From an uncultured candidate division Zixibacteria bacterium (GTDB taxonomy: Bacteria; Zixibacteria; MSB-5A5; GN15; FEB-12): 64,000 nt of DNA. The translations under genes and the position numbers were made by a program. The stretch is taken from contig OY760907.1 of the NCBI GenBank assembly GCA_963664195.1, positions 32,001 through 96,000 on the forward strand. The letters are read 5' to 3'. The notes under the pieces were generated by a model, which was not told where the DNA came from, made no database searches, and saw only the letters and a list, made by a program, of their open reading frames with translations. Position 1 is the first letter of the stretch. Each line of letters begins with the position of its first letter. Below are positions 10,273 through 19,743 of this stretch, piece by piece.

Positions 10273-12510
10273 CTACGGACAGGGCGATAACGGGTCAAGA
10301 CTGATAAACAAGTGATCAATCAGAACCGTTAGATCTGCCATCGTTACCGCGTCATCCGGAGACATATCAACATTGGCCTCATCAACACAAACCACCGGGG
10401 TCAGCGAGATGAAGAGATGATCGATCAGAATCGTCAGATCGCCCATTGTAACCTGACCGTCAAGCGATGCATCTACGTTGCCAACGGATGATCCCGTGCA
10501 GCACGTGGCGGGATACACAATCGCTCCGTCGTATATCTCCGGCGTATAGGTTCCGGCATGGCTTTCAAGTTCCGGATCAATAGAATTATAACTAGTGATT
10601 TTGATCGCGTTTGAATCGGCTACTGCTCCCGCGGGGACCGTAAACCACAGGCTCACAACGGCCCCCGTTCCCGGTTCGAGCGGCGGACTGGTCTCGGAAT
10701 GAGAGCATACCAGTTCCACTGCGGCCCGGTTGTTGAAGTAATCGAAATTAGTCTGTGTCTGAGATTCGAAATACTCTGTGCGCAGGCCGGCAGTTGAGAA
10801 CGAGTCATACACTAGCGCCAGCGGACCGTCAAAAACATACGGAATCTCAATTCGTTGCACGTCGAGAGCATTTCGGAGGTTCACATCAACCTTGACCACT
10901 TCCCCGGGGTAGGCCACTACCGACCCCATAGTCATCGTATCGGCATAGGCAGACACCATGTGCGGAATTGTCAGCTCGAAAGCATCGGCACCGTGAGTCA
11001 TCCTCACGTAAACGTCGTGACATCCGGGCTGAGTGTATTCGTGGGTCGGATTTTGAACCGCGGCCCCTTCGCCGTCACCAAAGTCCCAACTGGTGACCGT
11101 TCCCGCAAAACCGAGATCCGACGTAAAGTCGACAGTCAACGGCAACGGCCCAATTTCCATGGACGCCGTGACAACCGGCTGTTTCCTGAGGGTGGGATCA
11201 CCAATCAGCGTCATTCCGTAATACCAGCAAAGCTCCCAATCGGCGAAGCCACCAGCAGCCTGATCAGAAAACCAATCTCGGAACGCCTCACCTATCGTCA
11301 GCCCTTCACCAAACGGCTCGTAGAAATCGTTGAATTCAAGCATTGAGCCGGTTTTCGTGCTGCCTATGCAAGCGAGCCCGTAGGACTGAGCGAACACGTA
11401 CCACCCGCCCATGTAGTTCGGCGAGACATACCGCACGTTCGAGCACGCAAACAGGTTAAAGAAATGCGCCACCGGGTCAATCTCCTTAACCTCGGCCACA
11501 GAGGTGTAGCTCCAGATATCGCCCGGCTGATGGAAACTGTGAAAGTCGGGACTGGAGTGAACGCAGACTTCGACAAAGTCGTACCCGCCTGGCAGGTAAC
11601 TCTCATAATGACTGGCGCAGGTCTGCTCCATATCGCTGAAGAAATCTCGATCACCGTAAGCGTTGCCCACATCGGCGTCCCAGGCCGATGCCGAGCCGGT
11701 CCAGTCGTCGTCCACATACACCAGCGCCCTGCTGTTGATCGGAAGGCGTCCGGTACGATACAAATGATTCTTGCGGAAATAGTTTCCCAGCAGTCCGGCC
11801 TCGGAGGAACTGTCCATCGTCAGTGGTGAAGCGGTCAGTCGCCCCATCCAGATTTCCGGGGCAACATCGCCTGAGTGCGAGTCAAAACGGCTGTCGCCGT
11901 CTGAATCGCCGAATACACCATCCATGTCCATGTAGTACAGGTCTGTCGGAAACTGTTCGTGTTCCAGCGGGTCCCAGCAGTCTTTCTCATACCACGCGAC
12001 CGGCAGATCACCAATGAAGACACAGCCGACCATTCCCGCAGCATACCGACCCTGAAGAAACGTGCGAAGATCAACGGGGAGTCCACCCGTGGTGGTGTAT
12101 AGCTCGACCTCGAATCCATCATTGCTCAGATCGTCGAGATACCGATCAATCGAGGCTTTTACGTCCCCATACGTATCTGTGTTCGCCACCACGCAAACCT
12201 TGCCTTCGAGCGCGGCTTTCAGTGAGGCCGACCGGAAAGCGGTCTGCTTGATCTGGAACGGACCACGGACGTTGGAATTCTGGAACCACTCGTCGTATGA
12301 AATCGGCGTGCTACCCTCAGGGTCCACCCACTTTGTCACTTCAATCCCCCACGGATTGTCGACAAAGGTTGCTTCCTCAGGCTCGTCAGCGGCATCCTGC
12401 GCCACAACCGCCGCGCTCACCGTAATCATGGCACCACAGAGGATCAGCCATTTCCATCCGGACAGGCGTGAGAGGCTTCCAAACATCTCTTGTCTCCGAA
12501 ATCTTGTCAT
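10273..12510 (-). CDS. Secreted gingipain-like (C25) cysteine peptidase + PKD + cohesin-like + dockerin
   Basis: FIGDLP, TDLYYMDMDG, PEIWMGRL, candidate catalytic His (VHSS) and Cys (FACSN), LIGDPTL; alternative ATG at 12486. Confidence 0.8.
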   Translation of the reverse strand: MTRFRRQEMFGSLSRLSGWKWLILCGAMITVSAAVVAQDAADEPEEATFVDNPWGIEVTKWVDPEGSTPISYDEWFQNSNVRGPFQIKQTAFRSASLKAALEGKVCVVANTDTYGDVKASIDRYLDDLSNDGFEVELYTTTGGLPVDLRTFLQGRYAAGMVGCVFIGDLPVAWYEKDCWDPLEHEQFPTDLYYMDMDGVFGDSDGDSRFDSHSGDVAPEIWMGRLTASPLTMDSSSEAGLLGNYFRKNHLYRTGRLPINSRALVYVDDDWTGSASAWDADVGNAYGDRDFFSDMEQTCASHYESYLPGGYDFVEVCVHSSPDFHSFHQPGDIWSYTSVAEVKEIDPVAHFFNLFACSNVRYVSPNYMGGWYVFAQSYGLACIGSTKTGSMLEFNDFYEPFGEGLTIGEAFRDWFSDQAAGGFADWELCWYYGMTLIGDPTLRKQPVVTASMEIGPLPLTVDFTSDLGFAGTVTSWDFGDGEGAAVQNPTHEYTQPGCHDVYVRMTHGADAFELTIPHMVSAYADTMTMGSVVAYPGEVVKVDVNLRNALDVQRIEIPYVFDGPLALVYDSFSTAGLRTEYFESQTQTNFDYFNNRAAVELVCSHSETSPPLEPGTGAVVSLWFTVPAGAVADSNAIKITSYNSIDPELESHAGTYTPEIYDGAIVYPATCCTGSSVGNVDASLDGQVTMGDLTILIDHLFISLTPVVCVDEANVDMSPDDAVTMADLTVLIDHLFISLDPLSPCP

Positions 12511-12568
12511 TCTTCAGTTCTGTTTCGACGGAGGGAACCGCCAAACTGTCTCTTCTCTTTGTATCGGC

Positions 12569-14422
12569 TTACGGACAGGGTGCCAAAGGCGCCAGCGAAA
12601 TAAACAGGTGGTCAATCAGCACCGTCAAATCGCCCATCGTGACGCTCTTATCTATACTGCCGTCCACATTCCCCTCATCAATACACGTCAGTGGGGCCAA
12701 CGAGATGAAGAGGTGGTCGATCAGTATCGTCAGGTCACCCATCGTTACCATGTTATCGGGAGAGCTATCTACATTGCCTACCGATGGACCGGAACAACAA
12801 GTAGACGAATAAGTCACCGCTCCGTTGAACGCAACCGCAGGATATTCCCCGGGGTATGTTGTCAGGGTCGGAGCAAAAGAAGCATAATTGGTGAAATCTA
12901 TCGGGTTGTCAGCAGACACGGGCACTGCCGGCATGGTGAACCACAAGCTGACCACCGGACCACTACCGGGCGCCAGGTACGGCGAGGTCCCGGAATTGGA
13001 ACAGGTCAGCAGAACCGTGGCCCGGTCATTCCAGTAATCGAAGTTCACCTGGTTCTGCAGCTCGAAGTACTCAGTCCTGAGACCGACCGTTGAGAAGGAA
13101 TCGTACACCAGGGCGAGCGGTCCCTCCCAGGTGAACGGAATCTCCAGGGCCTTCACGTCAAGAAAGTTGTGCATCGAGACATCCACCCGAACCGGCTGGC
13201 CGGGTTCACCCTCAACTTCACCCACGAACATCGAATCAGCGTACACTGAGACCATGTGCGGGCGGGCTTCTTCAAACGTCCCGTTGGCAGTCGTGAAGGT
13301 CGCCGTGACATCGTAGTGCCCCGGTGTCGGATAGAGATGAGTTGATCCCGGACCAAACGCCGACTGGCTGTCACCAAACTCCCACTCACAGGCTGAGATC
13401 GAATCCATCGGCGTTTCGACATTGAAATCAACCGTCAAAGGCGACGGGCCAAAGCTATTGTCGGCCTCAACGCTGACACCGTGGTAGTACATCCATGCAG
13501 AGGCATACCCCACCTGGTTGCAGTTATATTCGATGCGGCAATATCCGCCGTCTTCACCCCACATGGTTCCCCAGGAATTGCGCATGAACCAGACTCCGCC
13601 GGCTCCCTGCGAGTCATCCCAACCGACCAGCACCACGGCGTGGTTGATACCACCACCGGCGTGTTCGTTGAAAATGCCGCCGCTGTATCCCTGAAGGGCG
13701 TCAGTCGCGTTAATCGCTACCGAAATCGGACCGTGATCGAGAATCGCCTGCTTGATCGTGTTCACCGAAGGCGTACTGTGCTGGTAGCCGATGTACGACC
13801 AGTCCTCGATGACGTAGTGATGCTGATAGGGACACTCACAGGGAATGTCGGCAGCAACGTATGGAAAATCCTCCTCGAGGACGGCACCTGATGAATCACA
13901 CTCGTCGGGTCGGGCAAGGAAGTGATCGTACGCATACCAACCACCGTCTTCGCAATCGTACCCCTGCGTGTTGCAGCTCACGAGGTACTGCTCGGAAAGG
14001 TCGACATCGACGCCGTCTTTGAGCTTGATCTGAGACTCAAACGGGCCGATTGTCGCAAATGCCCAGCAGCTTCCACAACTGGCCTGATCCTTGACCATCG
14101 TCAGATCGCCTACGTCGCGCCAGTCGAAATACGACGGCAGGTCTTTGGACGTGGCCTCGGTGTTGTCCCAGCGGCCTTTTTCGCGCCAATCCGAAGGCTC
14201 AACCAAACCGGTGAGTTCATCGCTAGTATGCTCTGTCGCAGGGTTTGCGCTGATCTCGAAAGTCCAGCCGGCACTTCGGCCCTGCTGGCGCAGTGCCTCG
14301 ATGTCATTGGCGGTCATTTGGCCGAATACGGGGGCGATCCCCGCCAGTAAGATGATCGTAAGTGCTAAAAGACTGATCCTGAACGGCATACGATGTCTCC
14401 CGATTCCTGGTATATAAGACAC
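12569..14422 (-). CDS. Second papain-family (C1A) cysteine peptidase + PKD + cohesin-like + dockerin (paralogue of 8037..9902)
   Basis: QASCGSCWAF, NHAVVLVGW, RNSWG; same domain order; GTG start after AAGGAG. Confidence 0.92.
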   Translation of the reverse strand: MSYIPGIGRHRMPFRISLLALTIILLAGIAPVFGQMTANDIEALRQQGRSAGWTFEISANPATEHTSDELTGLVEPSDWREKGRWDNTEATSKDLPSYFDWRDVGDLTMVKDQASCGSCWAFATIGPFESQIKLKDGVDVDLSEQYLVSCNTQGYDCEDGGWYAYDHFLARPDECDSSGAVLEEDFPYVAADIPCECPYQHHYVIEDWSYIGYQHSTPSVNTIKQAILDHGPISVAINATDALQGYSGGIFNEHAGGGINHAVVLVGWDDSQGAGGVWFMRNSWGTMWGEDGGYCRIEYNCNQVGYASAWMYYHGVSVEADNSFGPSPLTVDFNVETPMDSISACEWEFGDSQSAFGPGSTHLYPTPGHYDVTATFTTANGTFEEARPHMVSVYADSMFVGEVEGEPGQPVRVDVSMHNFLDVKALEIPFTWEGPLALVYDSFSTVGLRTEYFELQNQVNFDYWNDRATVLLTCSNSGTSPYLAPGSGPVVSLWFTMPAVPVSADNPIDFTNYASFAPTLTTYPGEYPAVAFNGAVTYSSTCCSGPSVGNVDSSPDNMVTMGDLTILIDHLFISLAPLTCIDEGNVDGSIDKSVTMGDLTVLIDHLFISLAPLAPCP

Positions 14423-14601
14423 ATCAAGCTCCTTATTTCGACGAATGGGCGATGGGGATCGGTCATGGCGGAAGGGTTCTGCAGTGCTACCTATCTCGCA
14501 TCCCTGTCTGTCAGCGCCGGATGCGGATAAGGAAACGCGCCTGTGAGGTAATGCGAAGGCACGGATACCCGCGTACGGTGTATAACCTAATATCGTGCCT
14601 C

Positions 14602-14630
14602 AATTTACAATCTTTTTAAAGATTTGTCAA
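14602..14630 (-). promoter_or_regulatory. Sigma70-type promoter with inverted repeat in the spacer
   Basis: TTGACA-17 nt-TAAATT; spacer holds AATCTTT-N2-AAAGATT (14609-14624). Confidence 0.6.
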
Positions 14631-14819
14631 GACAAGCTTGCCGGGATCGGCTAATAGTTCCCTGATTGTACCGCGCGGTACTGTCGGCATTATGGTGCTG
14701 TTTGCTCTGAGATCAGACCACTCGCAACAGAGTGGCATCATAACTCCGATTATCTCCATTGCGCTTGCGTTTCGCACAAGGAGTCGTATATTGGCGGAAA
14801 AATACCGGGAGGCCCCTCT

Positions 14820-15713
14820 ATGCAAATGTTCAGAACATCGTTTCGCGTCGTCTTCTGTCTTGTTGCCGTTTTCTGTATGGCACAGACGGGCAATGCAACG
14901 GAAGCGTCACGCATTGAACTTCACGACGGGACAGTGTACGAAAACGCGGTTTTCACCGTCGACAACACCTACCGCACAGTTGACATCAAGTCTGGTGACT
15001 GGACGCGCACGGTCAGTATGACTGAGATCGCCCAAATACTAGCCCCTGATGGAACAGACATCACGGCGGACTACATTGAGAACTATGTCGCTCCGGAGAG
15101 CGCGACAGAGATAGTCGGAGACGAGGCGCCGGGAAATGCGGGGGGAAACTCTACGCGTGCGCGTCGCAAAACACCTTTCAGTGCCGGTATACGGGTCGGC
15201 GCCAACTACAGCTTCCCCATCGGTACCTGGTTTGACGGCTTCAAGTCCGCTGTCGGTTTCGACGTTGACGTGTTTTTCCCGGTCAGCAGCGAACTGGCGA
15301 TCCGTGGATCGCTCTCCAAAGCAGGGCTGGGGATGGACGATATGAACTTGTTCGCGGATGGCCAATACTATTCGATGGAAGTTAGTGCCGACGTGTGGCG
15401 CTATTTGGTGTCGGTCCAATGGTACAAATGGCCGCAATGGCGGGGTGACGGTAAAACAATGTACTCCTTCTGGACCGGTCTGGGCGTTACCGACCACAAG
15501 CTGAGCGCCGGGGGAGCGAGCGTTGGAGAGAGCAAATTCACCCTCACGACCGGCGGCAGCATAATGACGTTGGTTGCGGAGAAAACAGGGATCGAATTCG
15601 GAGCCGGTTTCGACGTCCTCTACATCGGATCTGTCGATGGCGCGTACGGCAGCAGTGGGTTCCAGAGAGCGGGTATCTTTGATCTGAAGATCGGACTGGT
15701 CCAGCTTTTCTAA
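14820..15713 (+). CDS. Outer-membrane beta-barrel protein with small N-terminal domain
   Basis: Signal peptide; alternating amphipathic strands; C-terminal Phe (KIGLVQLF). Confidence 0.7.
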   Translation: MQMFRTSFRVVFCLVAVFCMAQTGNATEASRIELHDGTVYENAVFTVDNTYRTVDIKSGDWTRTVSMTEIAQILAPDGTDITADYIENYVAPESATEIVGDEAPGNAGGNSTRARRKTPFSAGIRVGANYSFPIGTWFDGFKSAVGFDVDVFFPVSSELAIRGSLSKAGLGMDDMNLFADGQYYSMEVSADVWRYLVSVQWYKWPQWRGDGKTMYSFWTGLGVTDHKLSAGGASVGESKFTLTTGGSIMTLVAEKTGIEFGAGFDVLYIGSVDGAYGSSGFQRAGIFDLKIGLVQLF

Positions 15714-15762
15714 AGGGCAGTCAAAGAGAACGATACTAGTGATGGGAAGGGATAGAAGATAA

Positions 15763-16305
15763 ATGAGAACAATCGAAAAAGTCGGTGTCCTGTTTGTGTT
15801 ACTTAGTGCGACACTTCTGATCGTGGGATGTGGGGCAAAATACCGGGTGACTCAGCCTCTGGAGGTTCCGCTTGAATCACAGAGCATTTGCGTAGTCGGG
15901 GAAATCACCGACGCACTCCCTGCCGACTTTGAACCTGAGGACAAGCCGACCCTGGATCATATCAATATGCTCCGCAGATATATCGAGGAGGAGCTGAACA
16001 ACAAAGAGGTTCTTCAAACTACCACGATAGCCACGAGCAAGGCCCGTTATGAGGTGACCGGGAGTATCCTGGATTTCGGCAAGGGCAGCGGTGCGGCACG
16101 ATTCTTCATCGGGTTTGGCGCCGGCAGTGCCAAGTTGACCGTCGAGTTGACTCTGAAGGATATTCAATCGGGTGAAGTGATCTTCGCCGCCAATTTCAAT
16201 CAGACAGTATCGAGTTGGACGGAATCGGGCGACGAGTCATTCAAGAGAGTTGCAAAGGATTTCGCCAAGGCGCTCGAAAAAAACGCCAAGAATTTGAGCC
16301 TGTAA
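15763..16305 (+). CDS. DUF4410-like lipoprotein
   Basis: Lipobox IVGC; GSGAARFFIGFGAGSAKLTVEL motif. Confidence 0.75.
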   Translation: MRTIEKVGVLFVLLSATLLIVGCGAKYRVTQPLEVPLESQSICVVGEITDALPADFEPEDKPTLDHINMLRRYIEEELNNKEVLQTTTIATSKARYEVTGSILDFGKGSGAARFFIGFGAGSAKLTVELTLKDIQSGEVIFAANFNQTVSSWTESGDESFKRVAKDFAKALEKNAKNLSL

Positions 16306-16340
16306 GTTTCCGAACAACGCTTCGAGAGAAAACGCGCATC

Positions 16341-16370
16341 AAGCCGGGCTTCAAGCCCGGCTTTTTCTTT
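16341..16370 (+). terminator. Intrinsic terminator
   Basis: AAGCCGGGCT-tca-AGCCCGGCTT then TTTCTTT. Confidence 0.8.
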
Positions 16371-16464
16371 GCCAACCGTAAGATACTCAACTTCTCTTGA
16401 TTCGTGAAGCATGTCTCATTACACTATGCGAATACGGAACTGGCACTACAGGACAGGAGACAGA

Positions 16465-18030
16465 ATGATAGCAAAACAACCCCGCACCACCCCCTTTCTC
16501 GCGGCACTCTGTGCCCTGCTACTGCTGATCGCATCCTGCGATTCTGGCGGATCGTCAGAAATAGACAAAGCTCTCGAACTGGCCGGAGATAACCGAGGTG
16601 AGATCGAGGCTGTGCTCACTCACTACGAGAACGAGGGGGACACGCTCAAACTGCAGGCGGCCGAGTACCTCATTGCCAACATGGAAGGTCATTGCTACGT
16701 CACCTACAAGCTGGTCGATACGTCCGGGGCCGAAGTTGAATTCGATGCGCTCGCGTTTCCCGATTACGATTCCCTGCTCACCGTATGCTCCGCGATTGAG
16801 CAGGCACGCGGCGAGTTGGATTACGAACGCAAGGACAAGATCGAAGACCTCGAGACAATCACCTCGGATTTCCTCATCGAGCAGATCGACCTTGCTTTCC
16901 GCGCCTGGCGCGAAAAACCCTGGGCCAAAGGAATGCCGTTTGATCGTTTCTGTCAGTATGTCCTCCCCTACCGAGGCAGTAACGAACCGATTGAGCCCTG
17001 GCGGCAGAAGTTCTTTGACGACTACGCCGACCTCGATTCTTCTATCACCGATCCGGTCAGGGCAGCGTCGGCGATCAACCAGGATGTCCGGTCGTGGTTT
17101 GGTTTTGATCCGAGGTTCTACCTGCACCCTACCGATCAGGGCTTGTCCGAGATGATGGTCAACAAGCTCGGACGGTGCGAAGACATGACCAACATCACCA
17201 TCTACGCCCTGAGAGCCAACGGTCTGGCGGTCACCAGCGACTATACGCCGTACTGGGCGAACTCCGGCAACAATCACGCCTGGAACGCGATAGTAACCGC
17301 CGACGGCACGGTGATTCCGTTCATGGGAGCTGAAGCCGATCCAGGCGAATACAGCCTATCCAACAAAGTCGGCAAGGTCTACCGAAAGACCTTCGGCAAA
17401 CAGTGGGACAACCTCGCCTTCGTGGAACACAAACAGGAGAAAGTCCCCCGTTGGCTCGCAGGCAAGAACTACCAGGACGTCACCGCTGACTATGTTGACG
17501 CCGTAGACGTCACGGTCGAGTTTGACCAACCTGTTCCTGACTCGGTTGACATCGCCTATCTCTGCGTTTTCAACTCCGGTGAATGGAAAGCCATCCACTG
17601 GGCGAGAATCGAGAATGGCAAAGCTGTGTTCAACGATATGGGACCGGATGTCATGTACCTTCCAGCACTCTACCTCAACGAAGAGATCGTCCCGTTTGGT
17701 ATTCCGTTCCTGTTGGTCGGCGTGAATGAGAAAGTCGAGTTCAGGTGCAATCCGGAGACGACAGGTTCCATACAGCTTGCGGCAACCACAAAGCAGAAAC
17801 AGGCCAAGTCGACAGACTCGGTCGAGAAATCGTACCTGAGCGACGATCAGGAATACGAGCTGTTTTACTGGAGCGACGGCTGGCAGACGGCGGGCAAGTC
17901 TGTCGCCGGCAAAAAACCGCTGGCATTCAACAACGTCCCTGAAGGCTGCCTGTACTGGCTGGTAGAAAACGGATCGGACCGCGAGGAACGAATCTTCACG
18001 ATCGAAGAGGGTAAGCAAACCTGGTGGTAA
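16465..18030 (+). CDS. Transglutaminase-like domain lipoprotein
   Basis: Lipobox IASC; ALELAGDNRGE, AAEYLIANM, YVLPYR..NEP, GRCEDM (Cys), NHAWN (His); ATG 16465 after GGAG. Confidence 0.8.
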   Translation: MIAKQPRTTPFLAALCALLLLIASCDSGGSSEIDKALELAGDNRGEIEAVLTHYENEGDTLKLQAAEYLIANMEGHCYVTYKLVDTSGAEVEFDALAFPDYDSLLTVCSAIEQARGELDYERKDKIEDLETITSDFLIEQIDLAFRAWREKPWAKGMPFDRFCQYVLPYRGSNEPIEPWRQKFFDDYADLDSSITDPVRAASAINQDVRSWFGFDPRFYLHPTDQGLSEMMVNKLGRCEDMTNITIYALRANGLAVTSDYTPYWANSGNNHAWNAIVTADGTVIPFMGAEADPGEYSLSNKVGKVYRKTFGKQWDNLAFVEHKQEKVPRWLAGKNYQDVTADYVDAVDVTVEFDQPVPDSVDIAYLCVFNSGEWKAIHWARIENGKAVFNDMGPDVMYLPALYLNEEIVPFGIPFLLVGVNEKVEFRCNPETTGSIQLAATTKQKQAKSTDSVEKSYLSDDQEYELFYWSDGWQTAGKSVAGKKPLAFNNVPEGCLYWLVENGSDREERIFTIEEGKQTWW

Positions 18031-18047
18031 TTCCCGACTGTGAACAT

Positions 18048-18085
18048 GAGCGGTCGCCATCGCGATGATAGCGGCCGCTTTCTTC
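18048..18085. terminator. Hairpin between convergent genes (probable terminator)
   Basis: AGCGGTCGC...GCGGCCGCT followed by TTCTT. Confidence 0.5.
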
Positions 18086-18106
18086 TGTCCGTTCGTTGTT
18101 ACGATC

Positions 18107-18667
18107 CTACGGACAGGCGGGCAGGGGATCGAGAGTGATGAACAAATGGTTGATCAGGGTCACCAGGTCTCCCATAGAGATTATACCGTCAGCACTCATG
18201 TCGACATTCGCCTCTTCCTCACACAACAATGGAGCGAGGGAAATAAACATGTGATCGATAAGGGCCACCAAATCCCCCATCGAAATCAGATTGTCTGCAG
18301 AGCCATCAACGTTACCAACTGAGGGTCCCGTACAACAACCAGCATTGTCAACGAAGTTCTGCCAGAACCCGGACTGGATCTGCCAGTTCGTCGAAGCACC
18401 ATACCCCACCGCACACTGACCAACAGTCCCGGCCATCTGCCAGTTGGTCGAGGTCCCTTCGCCACCACCACAGGCTATCACCTGCCACGGGATCGCTTCG
18501 CCAGCCTTTGTCGATGCCTCCGGCTCGGTGCCGGTCGACTTGGCTGACTGATCGAGCGACGCTCTGGAGTCGACCTGACGGTCCTCCGCGAAAACCGACG
18601 CGTTCTTCAGCAGGCATACGACCAATAGAATGAGCGCCAGATTCATGTATCTTCTTGCCACGTTCAT
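18107..18667 (-). CDS. Small secreted protein: short beta-rich domain + dockerin
   Basis: ATG 18667 after GGAGAG; signal peptide; IPWQVIACGGG..STNWQM.GTVGQ...STNWQIQSGFWQ followed by dockerin. Confidence 0.8.
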   Translation of the reverse strand: MNVARRYMNLALILLVVCLLKNASVFAEDRQVDSRASLDQSAKSTGTEPEASTKAGEAIPWQVIACGGGEGTSTNWQMAGTVGQCAVGYGASTNWQIQSGFWQNFVDNAGCCTGPSVGNVDGSADNLISMGDLVALIDHMFISLAPLLCEEEANVDMSADGIISMGDLVTLINHLFITLDPLPACP

Positions 18668-18723
18668 CTCTCCTGTCCCGGCATGTGGAAGCCGTTGCCT
18701 CTTAGCTGGCAATTTCGAGTATC

Positions 18724-19743
18724 TCATTTCTCATCTCCTTCGATCACTTCGCCCGCCTTGCCGACCTCATACGAAGTCGGGTAGTAGGTTGCAACCAGAC
18801 TGGCCGAACGACAGGCGATATACCCTCCGGTTCCAGAATACTGCACACCCTCCAGCCGATACGTGTACTCGCCACCGCTGGACACGTAGTAGACTCTCTG
18901 CACGCAGGCAGGCACCAGGAAATTCGAGCTTGCTACCGACGCCGGAATCTTGAAGAAGTTGCTCCAGTTCGGGTTGGCCGAAGAACCTCCCTCGGTCTCA
19001 TCAATCTGCAGCCAGCATCCCACATCACCGCTATTCCCGGAGGGGCCTAATCGACAGACACCGGTGAGGTGAATATACCCGCGAGCCGGTACGTCGATAG
19101 TAACTGTGCAGATATCAGCCGCGGTGCTGTCGCTCAGAGTTACCACCATCGTATACGCATAGGCAAGACCGGGTTCGTCGAGAGTCCTCGCGGCGTCCAC
19201 CGCATCGTAGTCAAGGTCGCTTGTCCCGATTGACCCGTTGAGGATTTCCGCCGAACCAATACTGGCGAAGGCGACATCCTCGGTCTCAATAGACCGATCG
19301 ACGATCTCTGCTCCGCTGATAGAATTGTCGGCGACCGCCAGCGCATACCCGGCGGTATCCGACCTGAGGGAGTGATTCGCCCACGCGGCGGCAGTAAGTT
19401 TGATTCTCGGGGACAATTCCGGGTCGGTACCGACCGAAATGCCAAGGTACAGGTCAGTGTGTCCCGAGAACAGATCTTCGGGCAGGGCGGTCGAATCGCC
19501 CAGCACATAGTTGAACAAACCGTTGGATACGGATACACCACGATAGGTTGAGTTCCAGAGTTCGGTGGCCCCCGCATCGGCATCGTCGTAAATGATGAAT
19601 TTCATCAGAAAAGTACCGTCGGCAGGAGCCCCCTCCGAATCCAGTAGTTTCCCCTGGTAAGACAGGGTGTGTGGGACTTCGGCAAGAACCGAAGCAGCCG
19701 ACAACAGCAATAGAATAAGAAAAGCGGCCAGAGTGTTTCTCAT
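18724..19743 (-). CDS. Secreted fibre/adhesin-like protein
   Basis: Signal peptide from ATG 19743; VPHTLSYQGKL...NGLFNYVLG...LYLGISV...ELSPR N-domain; 10-residue repeats (DNSISGAEIV/DRSIETEDVA/FASIGSAEIL/NGSIGTSDLD); beta-rich C-terminal head. Confidence 0.65.
   Translation of the reverse strand: MRNTLAAFLILLLLSAASVLAEVPHTLSYQGKLLDSEGAPADGTFLMKFIIYDDADAGATELWNSTYRGVSVSNGLFNYVLGDSTALPEDLFSGHTDLYLGISVGTDPELSPRIKLTAAAWANHSLRSDTAGYALAVADNSISGAEIVDRSIETEDVAFASIGSAEILNGSIGTSDLDYDAVDAARTLDEPGLAYAYTMVVTLSDSTAADICTVTIDVPARGYIHLTGVCRLGPSGNSGDVGCWLQIDETEGGSSANPNWSNFFKIPASVASSNFLVPACVQRVYYVSSGGEYTYRLEGVQYSGTGGYIACRSASLVATYYPTSYEVGKAGEVIEGDEK

Larger units (their letters stand above)
2532..18338 (-). repeat. 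Six copies of a ~75 aa Cys-flanked dockerin-coding module (approx. 2532-2765, 4200-4432, 8037-8268, 10273-10504, 12569-12801, 18107-18338)
   Basis: Consensus CC.G..VGNVD.S.D..VTMGDLT.LIDHLFISL.PL.C..E(G/A)N.D.S.D..VTM(G/A)DLT.LIDHLFISL.PL.PCP at six C-termini. Confidence 0.9.

Noticed and set aside
12062..13093. 343 aa plus-strand ORF and similar antisense ORFs over dockerin regions
   Set aside because: Shadow frames of well-supported minus-strand genes; their mutual similarity simply mirrors the dockerin repeat
2532..18338. Repeated dockerin DNA as a possible DGR template/variable repeat or CRISPR-like array
   Set aside because: Copies are in-frame protein domains differing largely at synonymous sites; no reverse transcriptase, cas genes or repeat-spacer periodicity
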